A stretch of DNA of 57,432 nucleotides from a virus (Duplodnaviria > Caudoviricetes): positions 1 to 57,432 of IMG/VR virus record IMGVR_UViG_3300036794_000037. The stretch is one strand, 5' to 3'. The position numbers were made by a program, and so were the translations under genes. Positions 16,322 through 25,605 of this stretch are shown piece by piece. The notes below the pieces were generated by a model. The model did no database searches. It was not told the origin of the DNA and worked only from the letters and a program-made list of their open reading frames with translations. Every line of letters begins with the position of its first letter. The stretch's first letter is position 1.

Positions 16322-17553
16322 CCGCGAAGAGGGTGGTCGCCGACGGCGGGACGCGCAGGCGCAAGGGCGAAGGCTCGTACACGCAGCCCAAGAGCATGGC
16401 TGGCCGCTACCAGTTCCAGCTCAAGGGCGAGAACGGGTTCACGCTGAAGCAGCGGGCGGGAGAGTCGTACGCTGAGTTCGTCAAGCGCGTCGATCAGCGA
16501 AAGACGGAGAGCTACAAGAAGATGCGCTCCCCCGACAGCTACACGTTCGGGCAGTGCATCCAGGACTGGCTGGAGTGGAGGCGCGAGCAGCGGGACGATG
16601 AGGATCTCGCCCCGAAGACGGTGCGCACGAACGAGCACCTGGTCGCCGCGAGGTACACGGACGTCCCGCTGGTCCGCCTCCCGATGCGCGAGTTCTTCGG
16701 GTCCAACCTCTACGACTACCTCAAGAGCATCCGCGAGGAGGTGGCCGACGAGACCATGCACCACCTCAAGAGCATCGCACTCCAGTCGGTGGCGTACGCG
16801 ATGTCACGCGGGCTCACCGACCGGGACACGCTGGAGTCGGTCAGGGCGACGAAGCCGCCGAAGGGGCGGGCTGCCGGGCGTCCCACCAAGCGGTTCACGC
16901 TGGCCCAGATCCTCACTCTGCTGGAGTTTTCCAAGTGGCTGTGGGATGAGCGCCCCGAGGACCATGACGCGTGGCTGTGGCCCTACGTGGCCCTCACGCT
17001 CCTCGGTGGCGCACGGCCTGACGAAGCACGGGCATTCGAGTGGACAGACATCAGCCTGTCCCAGCCTTCCCCGTTCTTCTGGGTGCAGCGCGGTGACCGG
17101 TTCCAGGACCGCACGAAGACCGAGGCGTCCAAGCGTCGTATCGGGATGGAGCCGACCGCCGTCGATGCGCTGGCCGAGCACCAGCTCCGCCAGGCATCAT
17201 GGCGCGCAGCGGCGGGCGAGCTGTGGACGGAGACAGGCCGTGTCTTCACCGACCGGCTTGGCCGTGGCTTCAACAACACCCAGGTTCGCAGGCCCTTCGC
17301 ACGGCTGTGCCGTCGGGCAGGGCTGGAGGGGGACTGGGTTCCCCGCGAGACCAGGAAGACGTTCGCCAGCATCCTGGACGACGAGGGGGTGGACGTGAAG
17401 GACATCGCGAAGGCGCTCGGGCACTCCAACGAGTCCACGACCAGGAAGTCCTACATCGCGCCCCATGCTCCCGCGATCGTGGACGTCAGCATGGCCATCA
17501 CTCAGATACTCGATCGCGCTAAGGCTGCCAGACAGGCTGCGGCGAGCGTCTGA
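16318..17553 (+). CDS. int: Tyrosine integrase
   Basis: N-terminal RRKGEGS; GARPDEARAFEW, TKT, PRETRKTFAS, LGHS..STT..Y. Confidence 0.92.
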   Translation: MTAKRVVADGGTRRRKGEGSYTQPKSMAGRYQFQLKGENGFTLKQRAGESYAEFVKRVDQRKTESYKKMRSPDSYTFGQCIQDWLEWRREQRDDEDLAPKTVRTNEHLVAARYTDVPLVRLPMREFFGSNLYDYLKSIREEVADETMHHLKSIALQSVAYAMSRGLTDRDTLESVRATKPPKGRAAGRPTKRFTLAQILTLLEFSKWLWDERPEDHDAWLWPYVALTLLGGARPDEARAFEWTDISLSQPSPFFWVQRGDRFQDRTKTEASKRRIGMEPTAVDALAEHQLRQASWRAAAGELWTETGRVFTDRLGRGFNNTQVRRPFARLCRRAGLEGDWVPRETRKTFASILDDEGVDVKDIAKALGHSNESTTRKSYIAPHAPAIVDVSMAITQILDRAKAARQAAASV

Positions 17554-17878
17554 CCTGCGGGTTGAGCCTACATGGGCATCAAGCCCCCGTATAGGCTGCA
17601 AATGGCTGCGTGGGGTTTGACGTGCCGTTATCCATCAGCACCCCGGGCTGCGCATGGCTATCGATGGCCAGGAGGTGCTGCCCATCGGCTGCCCCTCGGG
17701 CTGCCATCGGGAGATCGTGCAGAACGTCGTCAACCTCGATGAACCGCACCTTGCCAGATCGAAGTGTCAACATGATGATCATTCGTTCCCCTGAATCAGC
17801 TAGCAACGGCATGTGGTGCGCGGGCGCGGCGCGGGGGAGTGCAAAACTCCTGGTAATTAGATTGCATAGGCTAAGCAA

Positions 17879-18451
17879 CTACAACACTTTTTGCCATAGA
17901 ACTTCTAGTGACCCAGTCGTCACACGAGGAGACCCCAAACGCACTGATAGCGGCTGACCGTCTCCGATCCAGCCGCTACCAGCGCAAAGTAATAAGGCGT
18001 CTCCAGGTAAGGCGTCCGCCCTCTGCCGGGCACGCTCGCCGGTCACGAGGGGCTTGTGCATGCGGAACCAGAGCACGTACTTCCCATCCCCGGGGATCTT
18101 CCCGAGCCAGTCCGTCTTACCCCGTGCGCCGCCCCGGGCGATTTCCTCACCGCGCTGGTTAGTGACCAGGAGATCGACCTTCAGCTCGTCCCGATCCGGG
18201 TCGTCCAGCAGCTCTGCCCCGCGCTCCTCAGTCAGCCTCCTGGCCGCGAGGCGCAGCGTGCTCCGCAGAGCCTTGATCTCTTCCCTGTCCACCTCGGTAC
18301 GCACCCGTGCGTACCTGCCCTCCTGGTCCCAGAATGAGTCCATGAGGATCTTGTTGAACGCGGTCGTCACCTCCGTCTGCGGGCGTCCGCCAGCCGACTT
18401 CCTCAGCTTCGGCTGCATCGTAGGTATGTACGCATTCGATGCCATGAGCAC
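17879..18451 (-). CDS. Hypothetical protein with an atypical AT-rich C-terminal ~45 codons
   Basis: GGAGG SD; normal codon usage to about 18010, then three TTA codons. Confidence 0.6.
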   Translation of the reverse strand: MLMASNAYIPTMQPKLRKSAGGRPQTEVTTAFNKILMDSFWDQEGRYARVRTEVDREEIKALRSTLRLAARRLTEERGAELLDDPDRDELKVDLLVTNQRGEEIARGGARGKTDWLGKIPGDGKYVLWFRMHKPLVTGERARQRADALPGDALLLCAGSGWIGDGQPLSVRLGSPRVTTGSLEVLWQKVL

Positions 18452-18605
18452 CTAGCTCTCCTCCCCCCGCTGCCTGTCTGCTAGAACTTCTCCTAGTTAC
18501 ACGCCGGTCCTACCCCGGGTATGAGTAAAGCATAGTCGAGCGTGCACATGGCTGTCAATGGCGTTTACGGAGACAGGGAGGAGAGGGGAGTATGTTACGG
18601 GAGTG

Positions 18606-19145
18606 TTAACGCTGGAGAGACTGGTCAAGAACGTAGATGTCCATGGGCATGACATCCCCCGACCAGCGCCCGTCCCTGAAGAGTTTCAGGCCAGCAGCCT
18701 CGTACGCGCCATCGGCGAGCTGCGAGCAGATGACATGCCCTGATCGCTGGATGAGGTACTTCAGTCCGGGGAACCAGAGGTGCAGCCGGTGGACGAACAG
18801 GTAGAGGTAGTCCGTGAAGCTGTAGGGCACGTCCTCGTACCGAAGTGCCTTGACAGCGGCCTGCTCTAACTGTGCCGGGGTGAACTCCCCCGCGATGTTG
18901 GAGCACCAGTAGACGTCGATACCCTCGTACTCCGAGAGGTCCCTGATTCGGGCTCCCCCGGGCTCGGCCTCGATGAGCCTGCCGCCGTCTAACAGCACGA
19001 ATGCGTGCTGGAGGTTGGGCTCGGTGTTCCGGTGCAGCCAGCTCGCTATCGGGTTCTCCGCGAGCCATTGCCCTAAGCGGATGAGCTTGCCGACGTTGCC
19101 CGCGATCGGGACTAAGCCGATCGTGCCGGGCTGCGGACCCATCAC
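18606..19145 (-). CDS. Permuted papain-like (NlpC/P60, YiiX-type) amidase/peptidase
   Basis: His before Cys: QHAFV...IEA...PYSF...VICSQL; four TTA codons. Confidence 0.8.
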   Translation of the reverse strand: MMGPQPGTIGLVPIAGNVGKLIRLGQWLAENPIASWLHRNTEPNLQHAFVLLDGGRLIEAEPGGARIRDLSEYEGIDVYWCSNIAGEFTPAQLEQAAVKALRYEDVPYSFTDYLYLFVHRLHLWFPGLKYLIQRSGHVICSQLADGAYEAAGLKLFRDGRWSGDVMPMDIYVLDQSLQR

Positions 19146-19324
19146 TCGCCGCCCTTCTGCACGTACTGCGACACGAACTCCTCCGCGTTGGGTTCCAGCA
19201 CCACATCGATCTCGTCCAGGATGCTGTCTACGTCGGCGGACAGCTCCTCATCCTGCGGGCGGGCCGGTAACTCTTCGGCCTGCGTCTCCTCGCGCTTGTC
19301 TGCGCGCTGCTTGTCCTGAGCCAT
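19142..19324 (-). CDS. pup: Prokaryotic ubiquitin-like protein Pup
   Basis: DVDSILDEIDVVLEPNAEEFVSQYVQKGGE C-terminal signature. Confidence 0.95.
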   Translation of the reverse strand: MAQDKQRADKREETQAEELPARPQDEELSADVDSILDEIDVVLEPNAEEFVSQYVQKGGE

Positions 19325-19345
19325 TCTCACTCCTGAAATTGGTGA

Positions 19346-19382
19346 AGCCCCCTACCCGCTCATACTAGCCGGTAGGGGGCTT
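19346..19382. terminator. GC-rich hairpin, probable terminator
   Basis: AAGCCCCCTACC...GGTAGGGGGCTT after the stop of 19399..20655. Confidence 0.55.
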
Positions 19383-19398
19383 CCGCTCAGAAGGGTGG

Positions 19399-20655
19399 TC
19401 AGACGGAGGGGGCGATGTCCTCCAGAACCTTGACCCGGGTGAGCACCGTGGACTTGGTGCCGTTGTACTCGTCGAACTTCTTGATCGAGCCCTTGATCTT
19501 GAAGGTGTGGTTCGTGACTTCCTCGCCCAGAGCCCAGGTCCCGGTGAACCACTTGGCCAGGTGGCCGTCGTCGGTCACCAGGGTGTAGATCGCGGTGGCG
19601 GGGGAGTTGTAGGCGTAGCCGGGGGTGGACCGGATGCTCTTGACCTGGACGGTCAGCTCGACCTTGTCCCCGGTCTCCCCGAAGAACTCGTTCTTGATCT
19701 CGCTGGTCTCGGCCTGGCGCTTGAGGTCCCGCTCGACTCCGCGAGCCCAAGCCTGCGGGGCGGAGGCGAGGAGGCCGAAGAAGCGGCTGCTCACCCGGTC
19801 GGCGGAGAGGATCGCCTTGAGGTTAACCACGTACTCGTTGTCGCCCGCGAAGGCATCGCTGAGGAGGTAGTCGCGGATCAGCTTGGCCTGCTCCTTGGCC
19901 TGCTCGGCGAGGGGGCGGAGCTTCGCGCCGACCGCGAGGTGCTCGCTGCGGAGGGGCTCCTTGTTCGCGGGGAAGAGCACCTGGGAGATGCGGGTCTTGG
20001 TGGGGACCTCGCCACCACCGAACTCGGCGGCGTTGCTCTTGACGAAGCCGTACTCGGTGACGGCTGCCCAGGCGACGGCCAGGGCGGTCTCTATGGTGAC
20101 GTCCGCGTCGCCGTAGCCGCCGTAGCCTCCGAAGCCCAGCTCCTCCGCCAGCTCCTCGCTGTCCTTGGCGTAGATGAAGGTCGGAGAGAACTCCTGCCCG
20201 AGGAAGTCCCGGATGCAGGTGCTGCCGACCTGCTTCGTGGTGCCGTCCTCGTGCTGGACCAGGTAGGTGGTCTTGCGGTAGCGGTTGACGTGGCAGTGGT
20301 CGCAGGCCCCCTCCACGAAGCCCGACCGGTCGATCTTGCCCTCGTAGCCGGGCACGACCTTGGTGATCAGCCCGGCGTTCTTGTCGAAGTCCAGCACCGC
20401 GATGAAGGCCCAGCCGTTGAGCTGCGGGGCGGTGCCGGTGATGGCGACCTCGTTGACCACCCGGGTGATCTCGAAGCCCGAGTGCTCGTCGGTCTCGGTG
20501 ACCTCGAAGGTCTTGACGACCTCCAGCTCCAGGCTCCCCGCGCCGAGGCCCTTCTTGGCGGCTCGGGCGTTGATCTTGGCCAGCTTCTCCTGGGTCAGCT
20601 CCAGCTCGTAGTTGCTGAGGTTCCAGGTCCAGGTGCTGGTCTCGGTGTCGCTCAT
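19399..20655 (-). CDS. Large probable early protein with Zn-finger and C-terminal OB-fold-like region
   Basis: CDHC..NRYRK...QVGSTC; class I promoter; extreme GC3; no TTA in 418 codons. Confidence 0.8.
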   Translation of the reverse strand: MSDTETSTWTWNLSNYELELTQEKLAKINARAAKKGLGAGSLELEVVKTFEVTETDEHSGFEITRVVNEVAITGTAPQLNGWAFIAVLDFDKNAGLITKVVPGYEGKIDRSGFVEGACDHCHVNRYRKTTYLVQHEDGTTKQVGSTCIRDFLGQEFSPTFIYAKDSEELAEELGFGGYGGYGDADVTIETALAVAWAAVTEYGFVKSNAAEFGGGEVPTKTRISQVLFPANKEPLRSEHLAVGAKLRPLAEQAKEQAKLIRDYLLSDAFAGDNEYVVNLKAILSADRVSSRFFGLLASAPQAWARGVERDLKRQAETSEIKNEFFGETGDKVELTVQVKSIRSTPGYAYNSPATAIYTLVTDDGHLAKWFTGTWALGEEVTNHTFKIKGSIKKFDEYNGTKSTVLTRVKVLEDIAPSV

Positions 20656-20677
20656 CGTGCCCCTCCTCGTTCCCGCT

Positions 20678-20720
20678 GCCTTACAAGTATGAGTTTACAC
20701 GAGAGTCACGAGCCATGCAA
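20678..20720 (-). promoter_or_regulatory. Class I promoter (TTGCAT-N17-TAAACT)
   Basis: Repeated motif followed by GTAAGG and GAGGAGG SD. Confidence 0.8.
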
Positions 20721-20780
20721 CTCGGCTGAGCAGGAAACTTCATGGGATACATAGTTCCCCGGATCTCCGGCGCGCGGAAG

Positions 20781-22250
20781 TTAATCCCCGGCGTCCACCA
20801 CCGTGGCTTCCACGCTGAGGATCTCGGCCGTGTGGACGGGTGCGGGCAGGGCCGTCGCAGCATCGCCGACGTCCCGCCCGAACAGCCGCGAGATCGCTCC
20901 GGTTCCGGCGTCGCCGGTCCCTTCGATGTTGATGGAGATCCCTTGCTTCTCGGCGTCCAGCTTGACCTTGGTCATGCGGGTGAAGCGGTCCATCTCCGCA
21001 CTCAGGTTCGCATCGGCGTAGCCACCCTGGAGCTGCTCAATCATCGTCATGCGCGCGATTCTCTGGAATTGCAGGCTCAGGATCGTGTCGAAGGCGTGGG
21101 TGAGCTGGCGCTTGGACGTCAGGTCAACTGGCAGCTCGTAGGCACACTCGGCGTTCGGCCGGAACTCAGGACACACGTCACGGATGACACACGTGTCACA
21201 CCGCATCATGCTCTTGGGAGATGCCCCTACAAGGCCCTCAGCGCCATTCTCCCGGCCCTCTTCGTCCGGGGCACTCGTGACACCGATGACCGGCAAAAGC
21301 TTCTGAGAACGGCGCTCCGGGACGGCAGGGAGCAACCTGGGCGTTCGCCCTTCACCCCCCTGGGGATCAACTGCTGATGACCCCCGTTCCCCGTTTTGTC
21401 CCGGAGCCCATGACGTGTGGGGAGTAACTCGATCCCCCCCGATCGAGTCCATGTACTGCTGCCAGGACCACACCGAGAGCCGCAGCACCTCTTTGCGGTC
21501 ATCGGCGATGATCTTCTCCACGTCGAAGCCTTGCTGCTCGATGTACGAGCGGTGCCTCTTGCGGGCCTGGTCCTTGAATTTCTTCGGGTACCAGTGGAGC
21601 TTGTTCTGCGCCCAGATGATGGTGGACCCGTTCATGCTCGGGTCAATCCAGGAGAGGCTGCCGACGGAGTCCCACTTGACGGCCTCGATCATGTCCGGCT
21701 TGGTCATGCCGAGGGCGTGCAGCTTCACGTCATATTGGGTCATGGTGGCGTTGAGCAGTGGCACGGAGTTGTCGCTGATATCGGCCCGCAGGATGCCGAT
21801 CCTGTCGTATCGAGCAGCCAGCTCTTCCAGCTCTACCCGCCCGCCATGCCAGATCGGGATGAACTTGTCCTCGGGGAGGTCATCATAGAAGTCCCGGCGC
21901 ATCGATTTGAGCCAGTCTTTCCCGAGCGACAGGCAGTCGAATTCCGTGACCGCGTCCACCCGGTCGATGTTGGCGGTGACGAACGACATGTAGTTCGTCG
22001 CCAGCTCCATCGCTGCCTCTTCGGTCAGCGGCTCCTCGCCCTCCCGGGGTGCGCGGTTGAAGCTGTAGGCCCCGGCATCGAGCAGGACGTGCGTGTCCTC
22101 GGGGAAATGATCAGCGATCGACCACGGCCTAGCTAGCTTCAGCCGCTTGGACAATCCGACGTAGGACATGGAGACGTGGGAGACGCCCATCTCCGCGAGG
22201 AACGGCCTCCATTCCCCCGACTCGCCCCCGCCGAAATACAGGACGGTCAC
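20781..22250 (-). CDS. TGT/DpdA-like (queuine tRNA-ribosyltransferase fold) protein with C-terminal Cys cluster
   Basis: LLDAGAYS, FIPIWH, KLHALG, DSVGSLSW; C-terminal CDTC..RDVCP...CAY. Confidence 0.65.
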   Translation of the reverse strand: MTVLYFGGGESGEWRPFLAEMGVSHVSMSYVGLSKRLKLARPWSIADHFPEDTHVLLDAGAYSFNRAPREGEEPLTEEAAMELATNYMSFVTANIDRVDAVTEFDCLSLGKDWLKSMRRDFYDDLPEDKFIPIWHGGRVELEELAARYDRIGILRADISDNSVPLLNATMTQYDVKLHALGMTKPDMIEAVKWDSVGSLSWIDPSMNGSTIIWAQNKLHWYPKKFKDQARKRHRSYIEQQGFDVEKIIADDRKEVLRLSVWSWQQYMDSIGGDRVTPHTSWAPGQNGERGSSAVDPQGGEGRTPRLLPAVPERRSQKLLPVIGVTSAPDEEGRENGAEGLVGASPKSMMRCDTCVIRDVCPEFRPNAECAYELPVDLTSKRQLTHAFDTILSLQFQRIARMTMIEQLQGGYADANLSAEMDRFTRMTKVKLDAEKQGISINIEGTGDAGTGAISRLFGRDVGDAATALPAPVHTAEILSVEATVVDAGD

Positions 22251-22726
22251 AGTGTTCCTCCCGAGAGTCGCACGTCAGTCGTACGACGGTGAATATCCTT
22301 CTTGCGGCTGCTCTTGATCTCGTCCCAGGTCCGCATGGAGTACTCGTTGTCCGGCCGCCATTCTGGATGACTGTAGCCAGGCGATAACCAGAGCAGCGTG
22401 GTGTAGCCATTGGCCATCAGATCTGCGGCGATAGCCGGGTCCGGCTCCAGGACTAGCTCGATGGGGTAGCCCCACTCGTGCCTGATCCTGCGGAGCTGGG
22501 CAACCCGGTCCTCCCGCGCGCCGAGCACCAGGCCCGAGAGGTCGCACATGTCGAGCCATTCCTCCACCGACGCCGCGTCCCCGTGCGTCAGGAACACCAC
22601 GTTGTAGGGATGCTGGGAATCGTGCATGTTGGTGAGCTGGACCAGTAGGTTGACGCCCTCGCTGATGCGGGAGCCGTCGGTGAGCTTGCGCAACACCCCT
22701 TCGATCGTGACCACGATAGTTTTCAT
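22247..22726 (-). CDS. HAD-fold-like protein lacking the canonical DxD
   Basis: MKTIVVTIEGVL resembles hhhDxDGVL. Confidence 0.5.
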   Translation of the reverse strand: MKTIVVTIEGVLRKLTDGSRISEGVNLLVQLTNMHDSQHPYNVVFLTHGDAASVEEWLDMCDLSGLVLGAREDRVAQLRRIRHEWGYPIELVLEPDPAIAADLMANGYTTLLWLSPGYSHPEWRPDNEYSMRTWDEIKSSRKKDIHRRTTDVRLSGGTL

Positions 22727-23643
22727 CGCTGGGACCTCCATTGTGCTGCCCGCACGGTCGCCACGTCGGCCGGGTTGATCATCCTGCCCTCGAACCTGAC
22801 CTCAGCCCGCCCTCCCCGCGCCTCCGCCTGCTCGATGACGGCACGCAGAGTCTCAGCGTGACCGAGCTGCTTGGCACGCTGCCAGCGGAAATTGCGGTAG
22901 TCCCCGTAGCCAGTGCCCTGGTCCGTGAACGCCCCGTGGCGTCCGAGATGGATGTCATCGTAGAGTGCGCGGGCCTGGGAGCCAAGCCGCTGCACGTAAG
23001 CCCGAGCGTTCGCGCGAATAACCGGGGACGGGTGATCATCATCCCGGCACCGCAGCACGAACTCAGAGAACAGCGCGGCGGCAGCATCGTGGTCGGCCTG
23101 GGTGGTGTCGAACCAGCTCTGCGGGTACAGCGTGGCCGGGTCGGCAGGGAGCTTCGGCGGCCGGACGATCCACGCCCCGCTGGTGAGGTCGTAGGCCGCG
23201 TAGGCGTGGACGCCCTCGGGAGTCGGACGGTTGCCCGGGTTGCAGTAGAAGGTGATTTCGTATGTCTTGCCCCCGATGTTCGAGTTCGACGTCGCGGGCC
23301 ACAGCTCGGCCTTGGCCACCGTGTTCAGCAGGTTGGCCACGCCCTCTTCCCCGAGGCCGTGCAGCTCCCCCGGAGCGTGCAGGTCCAGGTATACGGAGTA
23401 CATGACATCCAGGTCGCCGTTCCCCCGGTCGGCAGCCCACTGGTAGCTGATGCCGGAGCCGGAGAGCCAGACGTGGACCATGCGCGAGTCGATGCCGAAC
23501 CGGCTGCTCAGCCAGCTCAGCAGCGTGCTCAGGATGGCACCGCGAACGTCGGACTTGATGTGGTCCCCGTCGAAAAGCGCGGGGTCCAGCGTGTCCGACG
23601 GCGTGCTGAAGTAGCCGCTGGACCCCTGGGGAAGGTCGGTCAC
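22723..23643 (-). CDS. Pol-beta superfamily nucleotidyltransferase
   Basis: WLSGSGISYQW...GDLDV (GS-x-DxD), YEITFY, AAYDL..W. Confidence 0.8.
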   Translation of the reverse strand: MTDLPQGSSGYFSTPSDTLDPALFDGDHIKSDVRGAILSTLLSWLSSRFGIDSRMVHVWLSGSGISYQWAADRGNGDLDVMYSVYLDLHAPGELHGLGEEGVANLLNTVAKAELWPATSNSNIGGKTYEITFYCNPGNRPTPEGVHAYAAYDLTSGAWIVRPPKLPADPATLYPQSWFDTTQADHDAAAALFSEFVLRCRDDDHPSPVIRANARAYVQRLGSQARALYDDIHLGRHGAFTDQGTGYGDYRNFRWQRAKQLGHAETLRAVIEQAEARGGRAEVRFEGRMINPADVATVRAAQWRSQR

Positions 23644-24146
23644 TTCCCACCCGCGAGCTTGGCCTGGATCTGCTGGTTCTGCATCTGCTGCTGCATCGCC
23701 CTCCCGGCCATCATCTGGGCCTGGACGACGGCCTGAGCGAAGTAGGGCGCGTGGGAGATCGTATCCACGTCGCGGACGACGGCGGCCAGCATGCCCCTGA
23801 CGTCATGCGAATGCGGCGTCCGCTCGGCCACGATGGGCACGTCGATGTCCGTGTTCGCCAGCACCTCGCCCTCCGCGCCACGGTAGACGAGGAACGCGGT
23901 GGAGACCCTGCCGTCCTCCGGGCCGCCGAACTCATCCGTTTCGGGATTAACGGCCTCGGACATGCCGATGATGTCATGCGGGTGGGCCTGACGGTCGATA
24001 GTCAGCTCGTCGTCGTCCCAGTACGTCAGGCCGACCTTCCCGTCCGGGTACCGGTAGACGATGAAGGCGGTCTCGGCCTCGATCAGCGCGGCCTCGGGCT
24101 CGGGGGCGGGGACGGAACGGCCCTGTCCCAGTAACGGTACTTCCAT
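23640..24146 (-). CDS. Hypothetical protein with a duplicated domain
   Basis: TAFIVYR...DRQAHPHDIIGM / TAFLVYR...ERTPHSHDVRGM; TTA at codon 5. Confidence 0.75.
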   Translation of the reverse strand: MEVPLLGQGRSVPAPEPEAALIEAETAFIVYRYPDGKVGLTYWDDDELTIDRQAHPHDIIGMSEAVNPETDEFGGPEDGRVSTAFLVYRGAEGEVLANTDIDVPIVAERTPHSHDVRGMLAAVVRDVDTISHAPYFAQAVVQAQMMAGRAMQQQMQNQQIQAKLAGGK

Positions 24147-24157
24147 ATCACTTCTCC

Positions 24158-24442
24158 TCAGTATCGCTTCGGGTTGAACTGCTGCTCGGCCTGCTGCATG
24201 GCGGCCTTGAGCTGGTTGATCTGGACCGTCGGGTTCTGGTTGTCGGCCGTGAACAGCTCCCAGGTGATGTCACGCGCCCAGGCGTGGACCTTGGCCATGC
24301 CGTCCTTCGTGGCCCGGCTGTACTCGGCATCCATGTCGCGCTCGTACTTCTCCCCGAGCACAGTCAGGGCCTCAGTATTCGCCCTGGCTAACGAGTTCAT
24401 CTCGCGCCTGTGGGTCTTCTTGAGCATGAATGGCCAATGCAT
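24158..24442 (-). CDS. Hypothetical protein
   Basis: GAGGAG SD; TTA at codon 18. Confidence 0.65.
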   Translation of the reverse strand: MHWPFMLKKTHRREMNSLARANTEALTVLGEKYERDMDAEYSRATKDGMAKVHAWARDITWELFTADNQNPTVQINQLKAAMQQAEQQFNPKRY

Positions 24443-24454
24443 GGCGGTCTCCTC

Positions 24455-25006
24455 TTACTCGGGGCGGTCGTAGTGACCGGCGTCGGCGTTGGCGCGGGAC
24501 TGCATGATCGACCGGACGGGGCAGTAGTCGCAGAGGAACGCGGCGGTCGGCCGGTGCTTGTCCCTGGTCTCCAGCCCCAGCTCCTTGCGCAGCTCCTTGG
24601 TCGGGGGGACCAGGCGCTTGGACGCGGCCTTCCAGTCCCCACAGTTCTTGGTCCGGCCGTGCTGCTTCCAGCACATGGAGGCGTCCTGGGTGAAGTTCGA
24701 GCGGAGATCGAACATATCCGCGCCGTATGGGGTCGCTTCTCCCGGGGGGCGGAGGTTCTTCAGGATCTCCTTGCGGATGCTGAGCTTGCCCCACTCGTCA
24801 GCATCGACGTCGAAGAGGCCCAGAGTCGCGTGGAAGTAGTGGCCCGTGGCCTGGCTGACCGTGTGCTCGATCATCCGCGCCTGGAGCGCGTCATCGCACT
24901 GGGCGTGTCCGCAGTCGGGGTTAGCCCCGGCCTTCTCGGCGCACCACTCGATGGGCTCCACGGACTGACACGCGGGGCAGATAACTAATCGCAGGCGCTT
25001 GCTCAT
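24455..25006 (-). CDS. Cys-rich hypothetical protein, probably leaderless
   Basis: ATG 7 nt after TAGACT of the class II promoter (25014-25045); CPAC...FLCDYCPV; TTA at codon 7. Confidence 0.75.
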   Translation of the reverse strand: MSKRLRLVICPACQSVEPIEWCAEKAGANPDCGHAQCDDALQARMIEHTVSQATGHYFHATLGLFDVDADEWGKLSIRKEILKNLRPPGEATPYGADMFDLRSNFTQDASMCWKQHGRTKNCGDWKAASKRLVPPTKELRKELGLETRDKHRPTAAFLCDYCPVRSIMQSRANADAGHYDRPE

Positions 25007-25087
25007 GCGGGCCAGTCTAGCCGGGGCGGGCGGAGGTGTCAGAACACGCAAAAGACCCTCCCCCGAAGAGAAGGGCCATGCGGTGGG

Positions 25088-25357
25088 TCAGGAAGGCTGG
25101 TGCGTGACCTGGATGCCCGGGTCCGGGGTGACGACCGCGTAGGGGCTGCGGAAGCTCTCCCCGATCGTGCCGGGGACCGACTTGTCCGCCTGCTCCACGA
25201 TGCCGTAGAGCGACACGGAGAGGTCGCGGCGGCCCTGGGAGTACGTCAGGGTCTCGACGACGCCGCCACGGTCCTTGACGACCTGCTTGTAGGTGCCGTC
25301 GATAGCACCCTGCTTCAGCTCTGCGTTCACTGAGCCGATGTTGCTGGGTAAGGCCAT
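25088..25357 (-). CDS. Small hypothetical protein, possibly virion
   Basis: AAGGAG SD; TTA at codon 3. Confidence 0.7.
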   Translation of the reverse strand: MALPSNIGSVNAELKQGAIDGTYKQVVKDRGGVVETLTYSQGRRDLSVSLYGIVEQADKSVPGTIGESFRSPYAVVTPDPGIQVTHQPS

Positions 25358-25389
25358 TGGGAGATCTCCTTAAGACGTCTCCCCCGATT

Positions 25390-25605
25390 TTACTCGGCTT
25401 CGGCCTCGCGGTTGGAGACGCAGCCAGCCTTGGTGCACAGCTCGGCCACGGTGTCATACCATCCGTCCACGACTCCCCGGGTCCAGGCGAAGGCGCAGCG
25501 GATGAGGTCGCTGTTCTCGATGCCCGGCCTGGGGACGTGGCAGTAGATGCCGGGAAGGAGGACTTCAACGTCCTCCCCGCACTCCTTGCAGTGTCCTACG
25601 GGCAT
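25390..25605 (-). CDS. Small Cys-rich protein
   Basis: MPVGHCKECG...; operon from the class I promoter. Confidence 0.55.
   Translation of the reverse strand: MPVGHCKECGEDVEVLLPGIYCHVPRPGIENSDLIRCAFAWTRGVVDGWYDTVAELCTKAGCVSNREAEAE

Noticed and set aside
17554-17620. tRNA-derived attP core right after int
   Set aside because: No tRNA 3'-half (TTCGA-stem-CCA) visible; only a hairpin
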